Origin: a virus
Lineage: Duplodnaviria > Caudoviricetes
Direction: 5' to 3' (one strand)
IMG/VR virus record: IMGVR_UViG_3300001765_000097
Location: 1-55,664 of that record
DNA length: 55,664 bases
Positions 50,436 through 55,664 of this stretch are shown here, in pieces. The notes below the pieces were generated by a model, which saw only the letters and a list, made by a program, of their open reading frames with translations, had not been told where the DNA came from and did not search any database. Numbering within the stretch: the stretch's first letter is position 1; every line of letters begins with the position of its first letter. A program made the position numbers and the translations under genes.

Positions 50436-50816
50436 TTATTTACCAGTAGAGTTAGTTTGAGTAACTTGTAAACTTGTTAATTTCGTAACGAAACCAGCTG
50501 ACATTAATCCAAATATAAACACTAGTATTATACCGATGATGGTTTTAGTAGCGTCTATTTTTAAACCTGAAATTGTTTGTTCAGTTTTCTCTAGCTTAAT
50601 GTGTGCTTTACGGTGACCATCGTAATCAGGTTTATCCAGGTCATTATTAGGAAAAGCAGTACTTTGCTCTTTTAATAATCTTTCCATCTGAGCTAAGTGA
50701 TTACTGAGGTCCTTAACTGCTGCTAAGATGTCTTGGTTAGTAGGGAGGGCGTCTAGTCTATCAGTCGCCCTACGATTTTGAGTCATTGAAGAATCTAGAT
50801 TTTCGTTTAATTGCAT
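50436..50816 (-). CDS. Coiled-coil protein with C-terminal TM helix (start may be ATG 50786)
   Basis: N-terminal RRATD, D.DGHR..H, hydrophobic IIGIILVFIFGLMSAGFV. Confidence 0.7.
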   Translation of the reverse strand: MQLNENLDSSMTQNRRATDRLDALPTNQDILAAVKDLSNHLAQMERLLKEQSTAFPNNDLDKPDYDGHRKAHIKLEKTEQTISGLKIDATKTIIGIILVFIFGLMSAGFVTKLTSLQVTQTNSTGK

Positions 50817-51282
50817 AATGGTATACGATTGATATTAAGATTGGACGAAAGCAAATCCACGAAGACATTATTGCTAGAGCTATTTCGCCACTAATAGCTG
50901 CAGGTGGTGGGGTTACAGAGTTCATCATGCTAAGTGTAACAAACACCCATAGTGATGCATTCCATGCTGAAAAATATCTAGCTACTTTACCGCCAAAGTT
51001 CTCAAACGTGATAATTAAATATTGGCATATCCCTGAGATAGCAAATATTAATCCCCACCATTCCTCGTCCATGACTTCAGCCATTACGTGGTAAGTGGGT
51101 CTCGCAAATGTGTCACCTGGCCAAAACAGTAGAGTGGCCCAAATAATTTCAGCGAAACACAACGTTAAACGTACACCTAAAAGATCGGTATCAAATAGTG
51201 CACGTGCGCTAGAGATCCAAAAATTTTCCTTAACGCGCTGTCGAGCGTCATTAAGGTTATCTATAAAATTTGAATTTGACAT
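50770..51282 (-). CDS. Integral membrane protein (about 4 TM), possible lysis-related
   Basis: Four hydrophobic stretches and a basic C-terminal tail; overlaps the downstream membrane gene. Confidence 0.7.
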   Translation of the reverse strand: MSNSNFIDNLNDARQRVKENFWISSARALFDTDLLGVRLTLCFAEIIWATLLFWPGDTFARPTYHVMAEVMDEEWWGLIFAISGICQYLIITFENFGGKVARYFSAWNASLWVFVTLSMMNSVTPPPAAISGEIALAIMSSWICFRPILISIVYHYAIKRKSRFFNDSKS

Positions 51283-51288
51283 ATTAAT

Positions 51289-52527
51289 TTAAAGGTCTTT
51301 ACCTGTTTCTAAAAAATACCCAGCTGCAATTGAACTGTGTGACATTGATAAATTACTATTTGATACGCTATTTAAATTTAAAGGATTTACGGTATTGTAA
51401 ATCTTGTTTTGAATAGTGTTGTCTTGAATAGTTACAGAATACTGACCATCTTCTAAAGTGCTAATGTACTCAGGGTGTCTACCTAAACCAACCACCAACG
51501 GATACCTTGGTTCTTGATAAGAGATATACATGCCGTACATGTTAGATCTTTTTATATATTGTTTATTTGTAAATATATCGGGATTATCCAATATTACAAA
51601 AAAAGATTGACTTAACGTTAAATAAGATATGATTTTATCATCACTAAACATCTCCTCAATACTAATTTGAGACAAGTTTCTTTCTGTAACAGATAGATTT
51701 AAAGAAGACATGTCTATATAATTGGATGATTCATAATACCTGTCTAATAACTGATAGTTTTTAAAATCTATCTTAAAGTCACTCAATCCAACTTTTGTAA
51801 ATGTATTAGAATCTACTGTGTGTAAATAACCACCAATTACTAGCATCACACTCTTATTTGTCAAATCTTTATCTATTTGCAAATACGCAGATGATGATAA
51901 TTTTTCATATGGATCTTGTTTATGGATCATCTCTGGCTTAATAGCTATTAATTCCAAAGAGCATACACCTTCAAAACTATAAATGCCAATTTGATTCTGA
52001 TTAGATATTCTCAGACTTTTCATTGCATCGTAAACTAAACACCCACTCACTTTATCAGTGTCAGTTAAGTGATAAAATCCATTTACTGAAATTAAGCAAT
52101 GTTTATGAAAAATATCATAATCTATAACAGGTGAATCTCTCTTGAGCATTACCGCTGTTAGATTTTCAGGAGCTGCATTTACACCATATAAAGGATGGAC
52201 CGGTGTTACTGAATAACCTGCTTGAAACGCATCCCTGTATCTAGCTATTTTTGTATCTATTACAGGAAACGTAGCAGTAGTTGGTAAAGCAGTATTACCA
52301 ATACTTATTAGTAACTCGGGGAATGTTCCAGGATACGAGGAGTGTTCAAAGCGAACATCTTCTATATCTAAACAATTAATAACTGGAGGTACGCCGTTTG
52401 ATAATTGTATATAGCATTTTCTAAATATTTTATATAGATCAACTACATTATGCTCATTTAAATCAACAGCTTCCCATCTTTTATTAATACCAAATTTTAT
52501 ACCTACTGATTTAATAATATTATACAA
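51289..52527 (-). CDS. Conserved jumbo-phage virion structural protein
   Basis: Y.DAFQAGY, CLISVNG.YH, LVIGGYLH, YLTLSQSF.V..D and P..PL..G.G...EY motifs; AGGTG SD with TTG start. Confidence 0.7.
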   Translation of the reverse strand: MYNIIKSVGIKFGINKRWEAVDLNEHNVVDLYKIFRKCYIQLSNGVPPVINCLDIEDVRFEHSSYPGTFPELLISIGNTALPTTATFPVIDTKIARYRDAFQAGYSVTPVHPLYGVNAAPENLTAVMLKRDSPVIDYDIFHKHCLISVNGFYHLTDTDKVSGCLVYDAMKSLRISNQNQIGIYSFEGVCSLELIAIKPEMIHKQDPYEKLSSSAYLQIDKDLTNKSVMLVIGGYLHTVDSNTFTKVGLSDFKIDFKNYQLLDRYYESSNYIDMSSLNLSVTERNLSQISIEEMFSDDKIISYLTLSQSFFVILDNPDIFTNKQYIKRSNMYGMYISYQEPRYPLVVGLGRHPEYISTLEDGQYSVTIQDNTIQNKIYNTVNPLNLNSVSNSNLSMSHSSIAAGYFLETGKDL

Positions 52528-52651
52528 TTTATTTCACCTATAAAAGTTTAAGTGCTTAAATACTATAGACCACTTCTCTTTAATAAAAATAAAAAGAAAC
52601 GTAAAAAGTGCTTGAGTTCACATCATTGCCTGTTTAATAAGGAAGAATATA

Positions 52652-55600
52652 ATGCCATTATCTTACGCATTTGATCATACAGGTACACTACCTGATAACA
52701 AAATTATTGGTGAAATACAAGTAATCACACCAATAAATGAAGCTGCTTATCATTTCATCGTACCTACATTTGCACCGTTTTTTGCAGACACACTGTTAAT
52801 TAGTTACACCGATATAAATGGTGATGTAAATCAATTAGTCGAAGGAATTGATTATTATCCATCGTACGTTTTCACAGGAGCCAGTCGTGCATGTGTTAAA
52901 CCAATTTATGGCGGTATCAGTTTTCTAGATTTAAAATTAGCCGGCACTGTTAGATTAGTATATCAAACTTTAGGCGGAAATTGGCCATTAGATATTGCTA
53001 AAATAAATGCAATACTGTCAGATAAAGTTAGAAACCCTAGAACACATACTTGGGAACAAATTGTTAATATTCCTGATCTATTTCCACCAATAGACCATGA
53101 ATGGAATTTAGTAGACATGGTGGGTATGCAAAATGTATCCAATGAATTAAATAACATCGCTTTAGCTATAGCTAACAAAACAGCTCAAGCATCTACACTT
53201 AATGCCACAAAAACCAGTGTAGGTTTAGGTAATGTAAGTAACTTTTCCACTGCATCCGATTTTGAAACAATAGCTGGTATACTTAGTACTAAATTTACGA
53301 CACCACATGGTGTTAAAGCAGCTATTAATAATTTCCTAACAGGTATCAGTGACTTATATGTTAAGATAGTAAACTTATTTTCCAAAGAAGGTGCCAAAGG
53401 TGTAGGAGCTGCAGTAGGTCTACATTTAGATTCAGCCGGTTTAACAGTTAAGACTAAATTAGAATTAAGAGGTTTATCAGCACCTGATGTCGTCAGTGAA
53501 GCTGCTGTTTTAATTACAGTGCTAGGCGATACTACACAAGGGGACTGCGCACCTCAATATTATTATTGGGATAGACTCAATATCCAGAACGATGATAATG
53601 ATACGGTGATAATGCCAAACATTTATCAACCTCAAGGTAGATGGATTGGTATACATCATAATAGTTGGATGTGTGAGAACTTTGTAGCTACGAGTAATCA
53701 AAGAACATATACATTAGCAGTAATACCTGTTCAAGGTTCTTTCCCAAGAATTATTCTAAATAATGTTTTAGAATTAAAACCAGATTGGGATTTTAATGTA
53801 GACGGTAAAGTAATAAATTTCTTATATCAGTTAATAGCTGGAGATGCAGTAGTTATTAATAATCAAATTAAAGAAATCGATACTAATGCTGAAAACCTTT
53901 GGATAAATAAAACATATACGGTAAATAATCAAAATCAAGTATTTGTTTTACCAAGAAAGATATTAAGTCCTAATTACATTAAAGTAGTTTTGAATAATTT
54001 CATTATTTTAAATTACGGAACTGATTTTTTACTTAATGATTTAAACTTAACTATTATTTACCCTATACAAGACGGTGATTCAGTTGAAGTGGTATCGTTA
54101 AATCATCACGATTTAACAATGGTTAAACAATCTAAAAGTATCATAGATTCTAAAGGCGGTGTTATTGACTTGACTAATATTTTACCAAGTCTACAAGGAC
54201 CTCCGGGTCCTATTGGTCCTATGGGACCGATTGGTCCTATGGGTCCTTCTGGTACAGGAACCGGTGGAACATCTGGTATCATGGGTCCACCAGGACCTAA
54301 AGGTGATCAAGGTAATCAAGGTCCAATTGGACCAATGGGATTACAGGGACCAGTGGGTCCTCAAGGTCCAGCAGGCAGCGGTGATGGTTCAAGTGTAGGA
54401 CCCATGGGTCCAATTGGTCCTCAAGGCGTAGCAGGGGCAACTGGGCCTCAAGGTCCTCAAGGTGTCCAAGGCCCAGAAGGTCCTCAAGGTCCATCGGGCG
54501 TGTCAGGCGCACCATTACTAGGTGGAAGATATATCGGTAACGTGTTATTGTCTTCTACTACACCTGATGCCAGAGTCTGGTTTCCCGATACTGCACCTGA
54601 AGGATGGGATGCAAATTCAGGTAGAATGACAGTTGAGTATGAATTTAAATCAAATGGATTTTTTGCAGCTAATCCAAATGCACATTTAGCGGTTGTTCTT
54701 AGAAGCACATCAGCATTGATAAATACAGCTGTACGAGGTCAAGGTATTATATTAGGTAACTTCCTTGGAACAGCGCAACCAAGTTCAGTTAATCCAACAA
54801 CGTTAATAGAAACGTGGATGAATCCTAACGGTACAATTGAAGTCTTCCCAGATGCAACACAAGCAAACTTTCTTTGGTCACATTCAGAGACAGCTAGAAG
54901 TAGTCCATTAAAAGATAATCAAGTTTATAAAACTATTATTGATTCTATCAAAACTAACGAAGGCAATAGATACATCAGATACAGGTTATGGAGTAAGCAA
55001 ATTGCAATAGGTTACAGTCCTACTCAGATTCAAAGTTATTGGAAACTGGAAGTAGATACTGGTGACGTATTAGATCATAACACTTGGGCTGATTTAACTC
55101 AATCAGGTTTAGGGTTTGCTTATGTGTTTCAATCTAATCTAACACCGTGGTCTGTGAATTTCGATAAGTGTAATGTTACTTGGGGCCCTGCAGAAACCGC
55201 AGTGCCTGATCAAACAAATAAAGTCTCAAGATACGGCTCTGAGATGGAAGGCGATATACAGTTTATTGGAAATAGTTACGGTATTAAAGTAAGCTCACCT
55301 AATGCCATTGGTCGTCCAGCTATAGCGTTTCCAGCTAGATTCTCGGACAAAGGTATTAACGTTTTAGGTGCAGCTACTGCTATAGGTGAACCAACAACTC
55401 ATTGGAATAACGTAAGTAACTTCGGTGGAACAAATGCTACAGCTTTTTCTAATTCATCGAATTTGAATATAGATTCTTTATGTTTACCCAATGGTATTTT
55501 TTCATATATAGATGCCAATGGAGTAGGTGAGACTATTAGACCGTTATATTGTTTAATATCTACACTCTATAAAGACTTAAAGGATAGGAAAGTTATTTAA
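52652..55600 (+). CDS. Tail fibre with jumbo-phage anchor, collagen segment and C-terminal receptor-binding-like domain
   Basis: FD.TG....NKI.GE, FAPFF, YQTLGG, WEQIV..P..FPP..H anchor; K..VGLGNV.N motif; G-X-Y run at about 54198-54510. Confidence 0.85.
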   Translation: MPLSYAFDHTGTLPDNKIIGEIQVITPINEAAYHFIVPTFAPFFADTLLISYTDINGDVNQLVEGIDYYPSYVFTGASRACVKPIYGGISFLDLKLAGTVRLVYQTLGGNWPLDIAKINAILSDKVRNPRTHTWEQIVNIPDLFPPIDHEWNLVDMVGMQNVSNELNNIALAIANKTAQASTLNATKTSVGLGNVSNFSTASDFETIAGILSTKFTTPHGVKAAINNFLTGISDLYVKIVNLFSKEGAKGVGAAVGLHLDSAGLTVKTKLELRGLSAPDVVSEAAVLITVLGDTTQGDCAPQYYYWDRLNIQNDDNDTVIMPNIYQPQGRWIGIHHNSWMCENFVATSNQRTYTLAVIPVQGSFPRIILNNVLELKPDWDFNVDGKVINFLYQLIAGDAVVINNQIKEIDTNAENLWINKTYTVNNQNQVFVLPRKILSPNYIKVVLNNFIILNYGTDFLLNDLNLTIIYPIQDGDSVEVVSLNHHDLTMVKQSKSIIDSKGGVIDLTNILPSLQGPPGPIGPMGPIGPMGPSGTGTGGTSGIMGPPGPKGDQGNQGPIGPMGLQGPVGPQGPAGSGDGSSVGPMGPIGPQGVAGATGPQGPQGVQGPEGPQGPSGVSGAPLLGGRYIGNVLLSSTTPDARVWFPDTAPEGWDANSGRMTVEYEFKSNGFFAANPNAHLAVVLRSTSALINTAVRGQGIILGNFLGTAQPSSVNPTTLIETWMNPNGTIEVFPDATQANFLWSHSETARSSPLKDNQVYKTIIDSIKTNEGNRYIRYRLWSKQIAIGYSPTQIQSYWKLEVDTGDVLDHNTWADLTQSGLGFAYVFQSNLTPWSVNFDKCNVTWGPAETAVPDQTNKVSRYGSEMEGDIQFIGNSYGIKVSSPNAIGRPAIAFPARFSDKGINVLGAATAIGEPTTHWNNVSNFGGTNATAFSNSSNLNIDSLCLPNGIFSYIDANGVGETIRPLYCLISTLYKDLKDRKVI

Positions 55601-55601
55601 C

Positions 55602-55664
55602 ATGGATAATTTCATAAAGTTAAAATTTACAGCTGAAGAGTTACAAATTATCAATAGCGCATTG
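55602..55664 (+). CDS. Partial ORF running off the window
   Basis: ATG 1 bp after the upstream stop with an AGGA SD; MDNFIKVKFTAEELQIINSAL remains open at the end. Confidence 0.55.
   Translation, partial: MDNFIKLKFTAEELQIINSAL

Overview
AT-rich segment of a phiKZ-like jumbo phage genome (Chimalliviridae-type). The call rests on recognised motifs and synteny, not a database search. The conserved core runs DnaB-like helicase, small virion protein, major capsid protein, non-virion RNA polymerase beta-like subunit (phiKZ gp123-like), portal (gp129-like), baseplate-type proteins and large tail-fibre/adhesin genes. The left ~13 kb is an accessory region with a Nudix hydrolase, NAD-dependent DNA ligase, dCTP deaminase, putative DNA-binding proteins, a GNAT protein and many small ORFs. 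There are three GIY-YIG genes and one HNH gene. Nine copies of a phiKZ-type early promoter (YATATTAC-like octamer, G exactly 7 nt downstream) and about 17 long intergenic hairpins are visible. The most interesting observations: (1) a family of early expression cassettes with a covarying 5-bp triloop hairpin fused to the Shine-Dalgarno, driving unrelated small genes inserted between core genes; (2) three A/B paralogue pairs coupled to giant adhesins, with whole domains inserted into loops; (3) a 21-aa C-terminal peptide shared by two unrelated structural proteins, each directly upstream of a fibre gene; (4) an exact in-frame 92-bp repeat inside the major capsid gene; (5) a GIY-YIG cassette flanked by a duplicated RBS and start codon. 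No tRNA, rRNA, CRISPR array, integrase or reverse transcriptase was seen.
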